Notes under the pieces: generated by a model
Database searches by the model: none
What the model was told of the DNA's origin: nothing
The model's input: the letters and a program-made list of their open reading frames with translations, nothing else
NCBI GenBank assembly: GCA_013426185.1
Contig: CP058602.1
Span: 206,873 to 270,872, forward strand
Source: Candidatus Woesebacteria bacterium
GTDB lineage: Bacteria > Patescibacteriota > Microgenomatia > UBA8517
DNA length: 64,000 bases
Reading direction: 5' to 3'
Translations under genes and position numbers: made by a program
Shown: one piece after another, positions 39,460 through 49,481 of the stretch
Position numbering within the stretch: position 1 is the stretch's first letter
Layout of the letters: every line of letters begins with the position of its first letter

Positions 39460-41176
39460 CCGGGTGAATGCCGTAAAACAAAAACAAGTCTTTTGCGATA
39501 TTATACCAAAGGGGAGCTGCCGTTTCTGAGGCCCAAGGAGAAGAAGAAGGTTCTGACAAAACAACAAGCATCACAAACTTGGGATCATCATAAGGAGCAA
39601 AACCGATAAAAGAAGCCATCGTCTTTTCAGGATCATAATGACCAGCTATCGGAATTTGAGCTGTGCCAGTCTTGCCTGCAACTTTAAATCCTTTAAGATA
39701 TGTCCATTTTGACTCTCCGTTTTTGGCAGCCTCAACCATCATTGCCGTTATCTCAAGTGCTGCTTTTTCACTAATTACTCTTCCTTCAGTCTGAGTCTTG
39801 ATATCTTTATTAACTCCATCAATCAACACTTTATCTACCACAACCGGCTTAACCATTATTCCTCTATTGGCTATTGCTCCCACCGCTTTAACCAATTGAA
39901 TTGGTGTCACCGCTATACCCTGCCCAAACGAGGCCGTTGCCAAATCAACATCACTCCACTCATTCCTATTTCTTAAAGGAGGAGCAACCTCTCCTTGCAA
40001 ATCAATACCTGTTAATTTTCCAAAACCAAATCTATTTAAATAATCAAACATTTTTTCCTTATCCAATCTAAAGGCAACAAAAGACATTCCAACATTGTCA
40101 GAATTAACTATTACCTGAGTCATTGTCGAATTAGGATTATATTTATTATTCCAAGTATTAATGAAATACTTATCAATTTTCAGAGGACCACCGCAAATAT
40201 CACATTCTGTCTCAGGACGAACCACACCAGCATCAAGAGCGGAGGCCATAACAATCACTTTAAAGACTGATCCCGGTTCAAAAGAATTAGAAATAGCTGG
40301 GTTCTTAAAGACAGAGTTATCGTATTTAAAATAATAAAAGGGATCATAAGAAGGGAAAGAAGCCATCACTTTGATTGCTCCAGTTTTAGGTTCCATAACA
40401 ATAACAGTTCCTCCCTTAGCTCCATATTTTTCAATTCCTTCCTTGAGTTTTTGCTCTACCATTATCTGCAAGCCCTTATTAATATGTGTTTTTAAATCAA
40501 CACCTTCTTGTGCTCCTACTTCCCTCAACCAATCCGAAAAGACAATCCCCCCCAAAGCATCTTTTTGCCTCAAGATATAACCTTTCCTACCTGATAATAT
40601 GGAATCGTAATAACCTTCAATCCCAAAATATCCCTTATCCAAACCATTTTCATCTTTGCCAACAAAACCTAAAATGTGAGCAGAGCTTGAAGCCTCAGGG
40701 TAGACTCTTAAATCCTGCTCTTCAAAACCAATGCCTGAAATATTCATCGCTTCAATATTTTTCTTAGTCTCGCTGTCAATTCTTGATGCCAAGGCAACCC
40801 AATTAATGTCCTTATTTGATAATAAATTCACTATCTTCTGTTTCAGTTCAGACAAAAAATTGCCTTTACTTTCCCCTTCATTCTCCTTCGAAACCAAAAA
40901 TGGAACCAAAGAAGAAGCTATCTTTTCAAAACTCTCTTTGACTTCAGGTTTATAAGCATAAACTAACCACCCTTCGGTAGTTCCAGCTAGGTAAGAACCA
41001 TCGTCTGCTAAAATCTGGCCTCGAGGAGCTGAAACTTCAGTTTGGTGCTGATATTGGCCTTTAGCTCTTTCTTGTAAATCACGAGCTTTAATAACCTGCC
41101 AAAAGAAAAGTCTTAAAATAATTGCCAAAAATGAAAGCCAAAAGAAGATACTAATGATTCGTATGCGCGAATCCAT
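39449..41176 (-). CDS. ftsI: Penicillin-binding protein 2B / FtsI transpeptidase
   Basis: 575 aa with an N-terminal TM helix and dimerisation domain, then a transpeptidase domain carrying GSVFK (SxxK), SDN and KTGTAQ. Confidence 0.85.
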   Translation of the reverse strand: MDSRIRIISIFFWLSFLAIILRLFFWQVIKARDLQERAKGQYQHQTEVSAPRGQILADDGSYLAGTTEGWLVYAYKPEVKESFEKIASSLVPFLVSKENEGESKGNFLSELKQKIVNLLSNKDINWVALASRIDSETKKNIEAMNISGIGFEEQDLRVYPEASSSAHILGFVGKDENGLDKGYFGIEGYYDSILSGRKGYILRQKDALGGIVFSDWLREVGAQEGVDLKTHINKGLQIMVEQKLKEGIEKYGAKGGTVIVMEPKTGAIKVMASFPSYDPFYYFKYDNSVFKNPAISNSFEPGSVFKVIVMASALDAGVVRPETECDICGGPLKIDKYFINTWNNKYNPNSTMTQVIVNSDNVGMSFVAFRLDKEKMFDYLNRFGFGKLTGIDLQGEVAPPLRNRNEWSDVDLATASFGQGIAVTPIQLVKAVGAIANRGIMVKPVVVDKVLIDGVNKDIKTQTEGRVISEKAALEITAMMVEAAKNGESKWTYLKGFKVAGKTGTAQIPIAGHYDPEKTMASFIGFAPYDDPKFVMLVVLSEPSSSPWASETAAPLWYNIAKDLFLFYGIHPDDK

Positions 41177-41181
41177 AGTAA

Positions 41182-41520
41182 TTAAGGGAGTTTAGCTACT
41201 GCTTTCTCACCTTCAAGGTAAACAATGTTATCTAATTTATAAAAACCTCTCTCCTCTGCTTTTTTAGCTAGTTCAAGCAACGAATCTCCTTTAACAAGCT
41301 TGTCTTCTAGCTCTTTTTTCTCCAAAACTAATTTTTTCTCTTCTAAATTAAGAGAGGCCATTCTAGAACTCGCTAAGGCAATTTGAACAGCAAAAAGAAC
41401 GCTTCCAACAATAGACACCAAGAAAACTATGGCCAAAGCAAATCTTAATCCAAATACACCAATAGTCAATTTTCCTTTATTAAAATTTCTTCTTTGCGGA
41501 TGTCTTTTAAAATTAATCAT
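41182..41520 (-). CDS. ftsL: FtsL-like cell division protein (TM + coiled coil)
   Basis: 112 aa with one TM helix (LAIVFLVSIVGSVLFAVQIALA) and a following coiled coil, in the ftsL position between rsmH and ftsI. Confidence 0.55.
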   Translation of the reverse strand: MINFKRHPQRRNFNKGKLTIGVFGLRFALAIVFLVSIVGSVLFAVQIALASSRMASLNLEEKKLVLEKKELEDKLVKGDSLLELAKKAEERGFYKLDNIVYLEGEKAVAKLP

Positions 41521-42428
41521 ATTTTCTCAATAACTCTTAACCTTGCACTCCTTGAGCGAGGATTTGCTAATATCTCATCCTCAAAAGGTGCGATCGGTTT
41601 CCTAGTTAATAAATTACCAAGACCCCTGTCTCTTAAACTTTCAAAAAAATCCTTAACAATCTTATCTTCACCAGAATGAAAACTAATTACAGATAGCCTC
41701 CCTCCCTTCTTAAGAAGAGAAAAAGAATCGGGCAAGGCTGATTTAAGATTTTCAAGCTCACTGTTAACTGCCATCCTCAAAGCCAAGAAAACTTTGGTTG
41801 CAGGGTGTAATTTTCCCTTTTTTAAACTAAGCTTATCTATCAATTCCAAAAGATCTTTTACCTTTTCAAAGCTTTTCTTCTTCCTAGTCTCGGTCACCAA
41901 TCTTGCAATTCTCCTTGATAGATTCTCATTTAGGACCACTTCAAAAAGACTTGTCAGCTGACTTTCGCTTAGAGTATTGAGTAAATCAGACGCTTTAATC
42001 TCACTAATCTCTCTCTCAAGCCTCATATCAAGCAGGCTTTCAGGATACCTAAAAGAAATGCCATAAGAAGGAGAATCAAGTTGAAAACTTGAAACACCCA
42101 AGTCAAAAATAATTGCGTCAACTTCTACAAAATTTTCCTTCTCAGCGATGTCTTTAATATCTCTAAAATTTCCCTGAACAAGCCTAAAGCTTAATCTACT
42201 TCCACAAAAGCCAGATACCACTTTTTCTGCTTCTTTTATGGTCTTAGGGTCAATCTCAATACCCAAAATATCCAAATTCAACTCAGTCATCAGCCTCTCA
42301 TAACCTCCAAGACCAAAAGTTGCATCTATCAGCTTGCCTCGTAATTTTGAATGTGCGAAACGAGAAAGGTTTAATAAATCAATTAGCCTTTCTGCTAAAA
42401 CCGGTTTATGTAAAACCTCTTCTTTCAT
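41517..42428 (-). CDS. rsmH: 16S rRNA m4C1402 methyltransferase RsmH (MraW)
   Basis: HKPVLAERLIDLL...IDATFGLGGY...FDLGVSSFQLD. Confidence 0.9.
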   Translation of the reverse strand: MKEEVLHKPVLAERLIDLLNLSRFAHSKLRGKLIDATFGLGGYERLMTELNLDILGIEIDPKTIKEAEKVVSGFCGSRLSFRLVQGNFRDIKDIAEKENFVEVDAIIFDLGVSSFQLDSPSYGISFRYPESLLDMRLEREISEIKASDLLNTLSESQLTSLFEVVLNENLSRRIARLVTETRKKKSFEKVKDLLELIDKLSLKKGKLHPATKVFLALRMAVNSELENLKSALPDSFSLLKKGGRLSVISFHSGEDKIVKDFFESLRDRGLGNLLTRKPIAPFEDEILANPRSRSARLRVIEKI

Positions 42429-42865
42429 TTTCTTTGTCTTGCGATTGCCTCAAGCATTTTTTCTGACTCCGCTTTAATCTTTGCTTCCTCACTCTCCCAA
42501 ATTAACTTATTCCAAAGCTCAATTCGATCTCCTAAACCTATAAAAACTACTTCATCACCAGGTTTAATTCCTGAAACATCTCTTAAAAATAAAGGCAAGA
42601 CAAATCTTCCCTGTTCATCAAGATCTATTTCACTTGCACTTGAGAAAATAAACCTCTCAGTTGACCTGATTGGTTTGGTCAAGACATCGGTCTTTCGTGC
42701 AAGTCTTGACATAAAAGCTTCCCAACCAGCTCTGCCAACAATCACAAGACATCCTTCATACCAACGTGCGATAAAAATTTTGTCCGTTGTTTCCTGACGA
42801 AATCTTGCTGGCAAAGCCAGTCTCCCTTTCTCGGAAACTTGAGAATAGTATCTTCCTAGAAGCAT
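42425..42865 (-). CDS. mraZ: Transcriptional regulator MraZ
   Basis: 146 aa with duplicated SpoVT/AbrB-like halves (DEKGRLALPARFRQE ... DEQGRFVLPLFLRD). Confidence 0.85.
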   Translation of the reverse strand: MLLGRYYSQVSEKGRLALPARFRQETTDKIFIARWYEGCLVIVGRAGWEAFMSRLARKTDVLTKPIRSTERFIFSSASEIDLDEQGRFVLPLFLRDVSGIKPGDEVVFIGLGDRIELWNKLIWESEEAKIKAESEKMLEAIARQRK

Positions 42866-42916
42866 CTTCTTTTTTTGTTATTTGGGCAGGCATTTTCATT
42901 TGTTTAAAGCTAAATA

Positions 42917-42971
42917 TTCACCACTTTAAACCACTTTAAACCATTTTCACATCTTTTCACAGACTTGTCAA
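42917..42971 (-). promoter_or_regulatory. mraZ promoter region with three 10-bp-spaced direct repeats (MraZ-operator-like)
   Basis: The gene-sense strand reads TTGACA AGTCTGTGAAAAGATGT GAAAAT GG TTTAAAGTGG TTTAAAGTGG TGAAT: a -35 TTGACA, a 17-nt spacer, then (A/G)TGG repeats at 10-bp phase overlapping the -10, about 55-100 nt upstream of the mraZ ATG. Confidence 0.45.
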
Positions 42972-43022
42972 GAGTCAATTGAGGAGACTTTTCTTAGAAT
43001 AACTTTAAGAAAAGAAAAACAA

Positions 43023-43781
43023 TTAAGAAGAGCTCTTTTGAGAAGCAAAAATTCCAATATTCGAAGCTTTCCCTTCATCAATCTTGAGCCAAGAATCACC
43101 TTCCAAATAATAGACAGAGTCTCCTTCCAAAATTACCTTACCAGAGAATTTCTTATCCAAAGAAGCAAAAACACCATAAGGACCGGAAGCAAGGGGAAAT
43201 TGAGGCTTTATCTTAACACCAAAAGTTTCCATAACTACAAAAAAAGCACCTTTGGGCATTTCATCCAAAACATATTTAAACTTTGAATCAAAAGAGGTCA
43301 ATTCACGAGTATCAGAAAGGAGAGCAAAATCGGTTGATAATTTGCCAACAAGCTTTCCCTTATCATCCCTAAACTTTAGGGTCAAAGTCCCATTTTTTAC
43401 TCCTTCATCGAAGCGGTATTTACCAGACGACTCGGAACCCAAAAGTATATCCCTCTCAAAATTTGACTCTGTCAATTTAACCGTTCCAGGCACTCCTTGG
43501 GTTCTGCCATCCGGCAATTGATAAAGAATCTCATAATCTAAAGAAGCTGCTTGAACTTTAATATCCTCTACTTTCAGCTTAAGCCAATGACCATCTTTAC
43601 TGGGAATAAGCGAGGTAAAAGGCCTTTTATCAAAAGGTATTTCAGGCACATTTTCTTCTTGGTCTGATGGCACTTCTTCCTTAACTGAGGCTCTCTTTTT
43701 GACAGTAACTATTGCAAACAGAAGAACTAAAAAACCAATCACTAAAACTAAAAACGGCAGGTACTTTTTAAGCTTTTCCAT
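43023..43781 (-). CDS. Membrane-anchored hypothetical protein
   Basis: 252 aa with an N-terminal TM helix (LPFLVLVIGFLVLLFAIVTV) and a beta-rich extracytoplasmic domain. No family recognised. Confidence 0.4.
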   Translation of the reverse strand: MEKLKKYLPFLVLVIGFLVLLFAIVTVKKRASVKEEVPSDQEENVPEIPFDKRPFTSLIPSKDGHWLKLKVEDIKVQAASLDYEILYQLPDGRTQGVPGTVKLTESNFERDILLGSESSGKYRFDEGVKNGTLTLKFRDDKGKLVGKLSTDFALLSDTRELTSFDSKFKYVLDEMPKGAFFVVMETFGVKIKPQFPLASGPYGVFASLDKKFSGKVILEGDSVYYLEGDSWLKIDEGKASNIGIFASQKSSS

Positions 43782-43783
43782 AC

Positions 43784-45085
43784 TTAACTTATTCTATTTA
43801 ATATGTAATCTTTCAAATTGTCAACTAAAACTCTTTCTTGAGCCATCGTATCCCTGTCTCTAACAGTTACGGTTTTATCCTTAAGGCTGTCAAAGTCAAC
43901 CGTAACACACCACGGTGTACCTATTTCATCTTGAGTAAAATAGCGCTTGCCTATATTGCCACGGTCATCAAAAACTGCAGGGAAAGCCACAAGTAAGTCC
44001 TTATAGATAGAATAAGCCATATCAACAAGATCTTCTTTGTTTGCCAAAAGAGGAAATACAGCCACTTTGTAAGGAGCAAGCTTGGGATCAAGTTTAAGAT
44101 AAACCCTTTTTTCATCCTTTTTGTAAGATTCAAGCAAAATCACAAGCAAAGTTCTATTTGCTCCAAATGTTGGTTCAACCACATGAGGATAAAAAGGCTC
44201 ACCATCTGGAGGATAATACTTTAAATCAACACCAGACTTCTCGCTGTGATTTCTCAAATCATAGTCTCCACGATAAGCAAGTCCATATAATTCACTTCTA
44301 CCAAAAGGAAATTCATACTCAATATCCTCAGTTCTTTTAGAATAATGGGCTCTTTCTTTTTCTGAGTGTTCTCGCCAGCTCAATTTTTTCTTATCAACAC
44401 CAAGGTCAATTAACCAACTCCACATTTCCTCCTTCCAAACCTCAAAGGCCTTTTCCCAGACTTTTTCCTCTACAAAATACTCAATCTCCATCATATCAAA
44501 CTCCAAAGTCCTGAAGATAAAATTACCAAGAGTTATTTCATTTCTAAAACCTTTGCCAATTTGCGCCAGACCAAAAGGAAGCTTGGGATGGATACTATCA
44601 AGGATATTCTTAAAATTAACAAACATACCTTGAGCTGTCTCAGGACGCAAAAAAATTTCAGCACCTTTGTCTTCTGTTGCTCCAACATGAGTTTTGAACA
44701 TCCCCTGAAACATTTTAGGCTCGGTTAATTTTCCACCACATTCAGGGCACCTTTCTTTATCCTTCAGGTGATCAGCGCGAAAACGTTTATGGCACGAAAG
44801 ACATTCAACTAAAGGGTCTGTAAAATTTTCAACATGGCCTGAAGCTTCCCAAACCCTTCGGTTCATTAAAATACTGGTATTAACTCCATAGATGTCAGGT
44901 CTTTTCAAAACAAATCTCTTCCACCAAAGGTCCTGAATATTTCTCATCAACTCAACCCCCAAAGGTCCATAATCATAGGTATTAGCCAAACCACCATAAA
45001 TCTCGCTCCCGGGATATATAAAACCTCTCCTTTTGGTAAGTGAAACTACATCTTCAAGTAAGCCCATAATCAAAGTATACAACAA
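43784..45085 (-). CDS. glyQS: Glycyl-tRNA synthetase (alpha2 homodimeric type)
   Basis: MLYTLIMGLLEDVVSLTKRRGFIYPGSEIYGGLANTYDYGPLGVELMRNI and a class II core. Confidence 0.85.
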   Translation of the reverse strand: MLYTLIMGLLEDVVSLTKRRGFIYPGSEIYGGLANTYDYGPLGVELMRNIQDLWWKRFVLKRPDIYGVNTSILMNRRVWEASGHVENFTDPLVECLSCHKRFRADHLKDKERCPECGGKLTEPKMFQGMFKTHVGATEDKGAEIFLRPETAQGMFVNFKNILDSIHPKLPFGLAQIGKGFRNEITLGNFIFRTLEFDMMEIEYFVEEKVWEKAFEVWKEEMWSWLIDLGVDKKKLSWREHSEKERAHYSKRTEDIEYEFPFGRSELYGLAYRGDYDLRNHSEKSGVDLKYYPPDGEPFYPHVVEPTFGANRTLLVILLESYKKDEKRVYLKLDPKLAPYKVAVFPLLANKEDLVDMAYSIYKDLLVAFPAVFDDRGNIGKRYFTQDEIGTPWCVTVDFDSLKDKTVTVRDRDTMAQERVLVDNLKDYILNRIS

Positions 45086-45092
45086 AAAGGTG

Positions 45093-45638
45093 CTAAGATA
45101 AAATCTTAAGTCCTACTCTTTTGGAATTAATTTTCTTCTCCAAAATTCTTTCTAAAACTAAATCAAAATTTTCCAACTTTTTACTTTTTGGCCAAAAACC
45201 AAGGGTACTCAAAAGCTCAAACAAAAACTCCTGTCTTAGAATACTTAAATCTCTCCTCATCTCAAGATCTTCAAAATAAGAAAGTGCAAGATCAAAAACT
45301 TTTCTATTTTCCTCACCTTCCGCCAAGATTTTTAAAAGCACTTCTGAAAAATAGTAAGCCAAGCTAATTTTCTTCAAGTTTTTGCGGATCTTGTCAAATG
45401 ACCTAACCACCTCAACCTCAATTATCAAATCTAAATTCTTGCCTCTTAAAGCTTCAAATTTGACCAAATTAAAAAGTTCAAGCGATCCTCTTTTTCTACT
45501 TTTAGTTCTTCTAACCCCTTTGGCTATAAAAGGCAACTTACCGTAATCTTGAGTCAAGATAAAAAATATTCTATCAGCCTCTCCATAGTCAACTTTTGCC
45601 AAGACCAAACCCAAAGAAGAAAGAGAACGTTTTTTCAT
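45093..45638 (-). CDS. recO: DNA repair protein RecO (short form)
   Basis: LGLVLAKVDYGEADRIFFILTQDYGKLPFIAKGVRRTKSRK, an OB-fold N-terminus typical of RecO. Confidence 0.65.
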   Translation of the reverse strand: MKKRSLSSLGLVLAKVDYGEADRIFFILTQDYGKLPFIAKGVRRTKSRKRGSLELFNLVKFEALRGKNLDLIIEVEVVRSFDKIRKNLKKISLAYYFSEVLLKILAEGEENRKVFDLALSYFEDLEMRRDLSILRQEFLFELLSTLGFWPKSKKLENFDLVLERILEKKINSKRVGLKILS

Positions 45639-45642
45639 TCAA

Positions 45643-47628
45643 CTAAAAGCTGATACTAGTATCTTTGTTCAAATAAAACTCTTTATTTTTCTTGCCAAAA
45701 GTGAGGGTATATAAAGGAGCATCTTTACCAGGCTGTTTTTGAATCAAAAGATTATATTTACCATCAAGCTTAAAAGGCAAACGGTATTTGACTTCAACCC
45801 TAGCAATACCTTGCGGTCTAAGCTCAAAAAAACCAGCAAATACTGTTTTACCAGCCTCATCATAGGGATCAGCCATGTCTTTTAAGCCATCAAGAGATAA
45901 AAGCTGGCTACCCTGGGGGACATAAATTCTTACCCAATTCGGTAAAACCGAATTCAACCAACCATCATGTTTTTCCGAATTTTTATAGGTAATTACAAGC
46001 TTCTTTTCCAGGTATCCATCCTTGTCAACTAATATTTCTTGACTTACTTCCTGAGTTACATAAAGATTTGACTTTCTCCCGCCCAAATTAGCATCGTTGA
46101 TATACAAGTAGTCTCCTTTTGATTCAATAAATCTCCCTGTAATACCAAATTTATCAGCAGCTTCTTGAACTTTATTGTCTTTAAAATAAACCAGGATGTG
46201 CTTTTCCTCAAGAGATTTAAGAAAGACAGAAACAAGCTCAGACATTTTACTCGCTGGCTGGCCTAAAGAATAAGCAGCAATAGAATTCATCAAAGGACCA
46301 ATCATTTTCTTGCGATTAAGCCAGTTTGGAGGAGCGTAAATAATCTTTCCATTACCACTCGGGTCCCAAACAATCGGACCTTCAACATCAGCTAAGCTCT
46401 CAAGCTCATAAATTACCTGAGGACAATTACACTCAGGAGTAATTTGATCACTAAAAGTGCCATAACCTGCCACCTGAATAGGCCCAAGAACTTGAAGGAG
46501 ATTTACCAAGAATTGAGTGTCAACAGCAATTACACCATCAATATCTTTAACACCCACCTTTTCTATCTCGCTAGTAAAAATCTTCATAGATTCATAAAAA
46601 TCAGGCGACCAATTTAAATCTCTCAATCTAAATTTATTTGAGATTGCATAAGGCCCTTTTAGATATCTAATTATAGGATCAGGAGCTACTATTGACGGTC
46701 TGTATCTTGAATCCAGATTGTAAATATCATCGGAAGAAACCGGATTAAAAGTTGCTTTATCTACTTTTGTTATCGCATAAGCAGTCATAAAACCTCCAGT
46801 AGGCCTTAACTCCTTATCGTTCTGAAAAAGCAAAAGATAATTACGAGGTGAATTTATACCCAAAATATAAGGCAGCTGCTGCAACAAAGGCTCACTTTCT
46901 TCAACTGCCGAAATCGCACGATCTGCTTCTTCGAACAAAGACTCTATCCTTGACCTTACCTCACTTTTTCCAAAACGAACAGGATAACGCTTGGGGTTAA
47001 TTTGATTGATCTCTCCTCGTACTAAAGACAACTTTTGAACAATAGGTCCTGTTTTTGGTAAAACCTCAGGTAAAGCTTTTGTAACAAAAGCTATCTTATC
47101 AACAGTAGCCCCAGATTCCTTCGTTAAGGAAGAGCCAGTGAAACCCAAAAGATCAAGATGGGGACCAAGAGCTTTAATACCATCATCCAAAGCCTGAAAT
47201 GAATATTCACCAGCATTAAGCAAATGTCCAAAATCAGAAGTATAACCACCCAAAAAAGGAATGAATTTTGTCCATTTAACCAAATTGTAAGCACCCTTAA
47301 GCTCCGACAAACTTCCTTGAGAATTATGCAAAGAATAATTAATTTTATCCAAATCTTTGATAGCAAGAGAAACTTTAAGTTCTTTAAGACTAATGTAGAA
47401 AGACTTTGTCTTAAGATAAACATTTAAAAACAATAAGAAATTAATAACAAATAGTAAAAACATAATGAAAAGAGTTATCAAAAATTTCTTTCTTCTCTGC
47501 CAAAATCCTTTTTCTTTTAGGTTGGACTCTTTTAATTGAATGTCGCCCGCATTGCTCCCTTGAATTACCTTGCTATTAGAAAATGGGGTTGTATTTAGAT
47601 TTATCTGGGGGATAAGTGTTTCAACCAT
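45643..47628 (-). CDS. Large membrane-anchored extracytoplasmic protein (DUF4012-like?)
   Basis: 661 aa; a cytoplasmic N-terminal tail, one TM helix (FLITLFIMFLLFVINFLLFLNVYL) and a long outside domain. It opens the second glycan locus. The family call is from memory only. Confidence 0.35.
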   Translation of the reverse strand: MVETLIPQINLNTTPFSNSKVIQGSNAGDIQLKESNLKEKGFWQRRKKFLITLFIMFLLFVINFLLFLNVYLKTKSFYISLKELKVSLAIKDLDKINYSLHNSQGSLSELKGAYNLVKWTKFIPFLGGYTSDFGHLLNAGEYSFQALDDGIKALGPHLDLLGFTGSSLTKESGATVDKIAFVTKALPEVLPKTGPIVQKLSLVRGEINQINPKRYPVRFGKSEVRSRIESLFEEADRAISAVEESEPLLQQLPYILGINSPRNYLLLFQNDKELRPTGGFMTAYAITKVDKATFNPVSSDDIYNLDSRYRPSIVAPDPIIRYLKGPYAISNKFRLRDLNWSPDFYESMKIFTSEIEKVGVKDIDGVIAVDTQFLVNLLQVLGPIQVAGYGTFSDQITPECNCPQVIYELESLADVEGPIVWDPSGNGKIIYAPPNWLNRKKMIGPLMNSIAAYSLGQPASKMSELVSVFLKSLEEKHILVYFKDNKVQEAADKFGITGRFIESKGDYLYINDANLGGRKSNLYVTQEVSQEILVDKDGYLEKKLVITYKNSEKHDGWLNSVLPNWVRIYVPQGSQLLSLDGLKDMADPYDEAGKTVFAGFFELRPQGIARVEVKYRLPFKLDGKYNLLIQKQPGKDAPLYTLTFGKKNKEFYLNKDTSISF

Positions 47629-47668
47629 AAATTAAGAATAAACTATTAAACAGTAAATAATCAAGAAG

Positions 47669-48334
47669 TCAAACAGCACCCTTGCCACTAATCATTACAA
47701 AAGGAGTCTTGAGGATAATAAGAAAATCAAGCCACAAAGATTTTTTTTGGGCATAATAAGCATCCATTTGAATCCGCTTTTCAAAATCAACCTCACTTCG
47801 TCCGTTTACCTGCCAATAACCTGTGATACCAGGTTTTGCTTCCAGCATCTGCTTTACCAAATCCTTAGTATGCGGATACTTCTTTTGCTGCTCTTCGAGT
47901 TCATCTGGGTAATAAGCCCTTGGCCCAACCAAACTCATATCACCTTTCAAGACATTAAAAAGTTGAGGCATCTCATCAATTGAATGCTTTCTAATAAATT
48001 TTCCTATCCTAGTAACTCTGGGGTCATCGTGAAGTTTGTAACCAGAATTTTTATAAACTTCATACAATTTTTTATACTTTGGGTCCGTTTTCATTAATTG
48101 ATGTGCATTAACAAACATTGATCTAAATTTATAAATTCTAAAGAGTTTCCCTCTTCTGCCAACTCTTTTTGGAATATCAGCTAGAATAGGACCAGGGGAA
48201 GTAATTTTTATCAGCACCGCAGTTACTAACATTATTGGAGAAAATATTATTAAAAGAAAAATAGCAAAGAATATATCTATAAGCCTCTTTGCTAGATAGT
48301 AAAAACTATCGTCTTTTTTACTTAAAGATACCAT
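47669..48334 (-). CDS. Initiating polyprenyl-phosphate sugar-1-phosphate transferase (small monotopic PGT, WbaP/PglC-like)
   Basis: IKRLIDIFFAIFLLI..., SIDEMPQLFNVLKGDMSLVGPRA and a C-terminal PGITGYWQV. Confidence 0.8.
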   Translation of the reverse strand: MVSLSKKDDSFYYLAKRLIDIFFAIFLLIIFSPIMLVTAVLIKITSPGPILADIPKRVGRRGKLFRIYKFRSMFVNAHQLMKTDPKYKKLYEVYKNSGYKLHDDPRVTRIGKFIRKHSIDEMPQLFNVLKGDMSLVGPRAYYPDELEEQQKKYPHTKDLVKQMLEAKPGITGYWQVNGRSEVDFEKRIQMDAYYAQKKSLWLDFLIILKTPFVMISGKGAV

Positions 48335-48371
48335 AAGGCAGGTAAATTTATACCAGTTTTAAAGAAAAAAA

Positions 48372-49481
48372 TCAAAGCACCTTGTTTTTACCTCTTTTTT
48401 TTAACTCTTCAACAATTTTCTTTACATTTTGAGCTTTACTCTTAGCACATACCAAAAGAGCCTTGGGAGTATCAACAATAACAATGTTATCAACATCAAC
48501 AATAGCAATAAGCCTTCCATCCGTGTGAATCAGAGCATCAGAGGTGTCAATATTAATCACTTCCCCACCATCTTCATCTCCATCTATAATCACATTACCA
48601 AAAGCATCCTTACGACTATTTTCCCAAACTTCTTTCCAATCCCCTATATCTGTCCAGTAAAAATCGGCCTGAATAACAGCAAAATTACGGTCCCGCTCGG
48701 CAACTGCATAATCAATAGAAATTTTAGGCATAGTTTCGTAAATCTCTTTTAAGGCCTGTCTTTCTTTTGAAGTTCCCAAATATTCCCCGATACTGTTCAA
48801 ACTCTTAGCAATTTGAGGTTCATATTTATTTAGAGAAGACAAAAGGCTATCTGCTCTCCAAACAAATTGCCCAGCATTCCAAAGGTAATTTTTTGAAGCA
48901 ACATATTTTTCAGCAAGCTCAAGAGGAGGTTTTTCGGTAAACTTCTTGAGCTTGAAAAATTTTACTCCATTAACTAAGGCCAATTTCTCGCCTTTTTTAA
49001 TATAACCATAACCGGTATGAGGATAGGTAGGTTTAATTCCAACACTAACCATTTTCTTAGTTTCAAAAGCATAACTTGCTGCTGCCCTCAAGGTTTTCAA
49101 ATAAAGATTAAGAGGTTTGACCAAACGATCAGCAGCTTCGGTTATTATTACCGCTTCTGGATCCTTTTTATAGATATAAAGAGCCCCCAACCCATGAGCA
49201 GGAGCTGTTTCCCTTCTTGCCGGTTCGACTATAACATTTTCAGGCAAAAATTCCTTCACTTGCTTTAAAATCTCCTTCTTATAATCATCAGAGACAGTAA
49301 CGCAAAACATTTTTTCCCAGCTCGTTAATTTGCTTAGTCTATAGGCAGTTGTCTGAAACAAAGTCTTCTTGCCAAATAAGCGCAAAAATTGTTTTGGAGT
49401 TTTTTCAACAGATTTGGGCCAAAGACGAGTTCCCCCTCCCCCAGCAAGAATTAATGTATAAAGATGGTTGCTAAAATTCAT
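48372..49481 (-). CDS. manC: Mannose-1-phosphate guanylyltransferase (GDP-mannose pyrophosphorylase)
   Basis: YTLILAGGGGTRLWPKS, an NTP-transferase G-loop, in a 369-aa ManC-like arrangement. Confidence 0.7.
   Translation of the reverse strand: MNFSNHLYTLILAGGGGTRLWPKSVEKTPKQFLRLFGKKTLFQTTAYRLSKLTSWEKMFCVTVSDDYKKEILKQVKEFLPENVIVEPARRETAPAHGLGALYIYKKDPEAVIITEAADRLVKPLNLYLKTLRAAASYAFETKKMVSVGIKPTYPHTGYGYIKKGEKLALVNGVKFFKLKKFTEKPPLELAEKYVASKNYLWNAGQFVWRADSLLSSLNKYEPQIAKSLNSIGEYLGTSKERQALKEIYETMPKISIDYAVAERDRNFAVIQADFYWTDIGDWKEVWENSRKDAFGNVIIDGDEDGGEVINIDTSDALIHTDGRLIAIVDVDNIVIVDTPKALLVCAKSKAQNVKKIVEELKKRGKNKVL

Noticed and set aside
38224-39567. Long N-terminal extension of the Mur ligase (start at 39567)
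   Set aside because: It would overlap ftsI by 119 nt and adds a Cys/Phe-rich non-conserved leader. The internal ATG at 39459 gives a normal junction.
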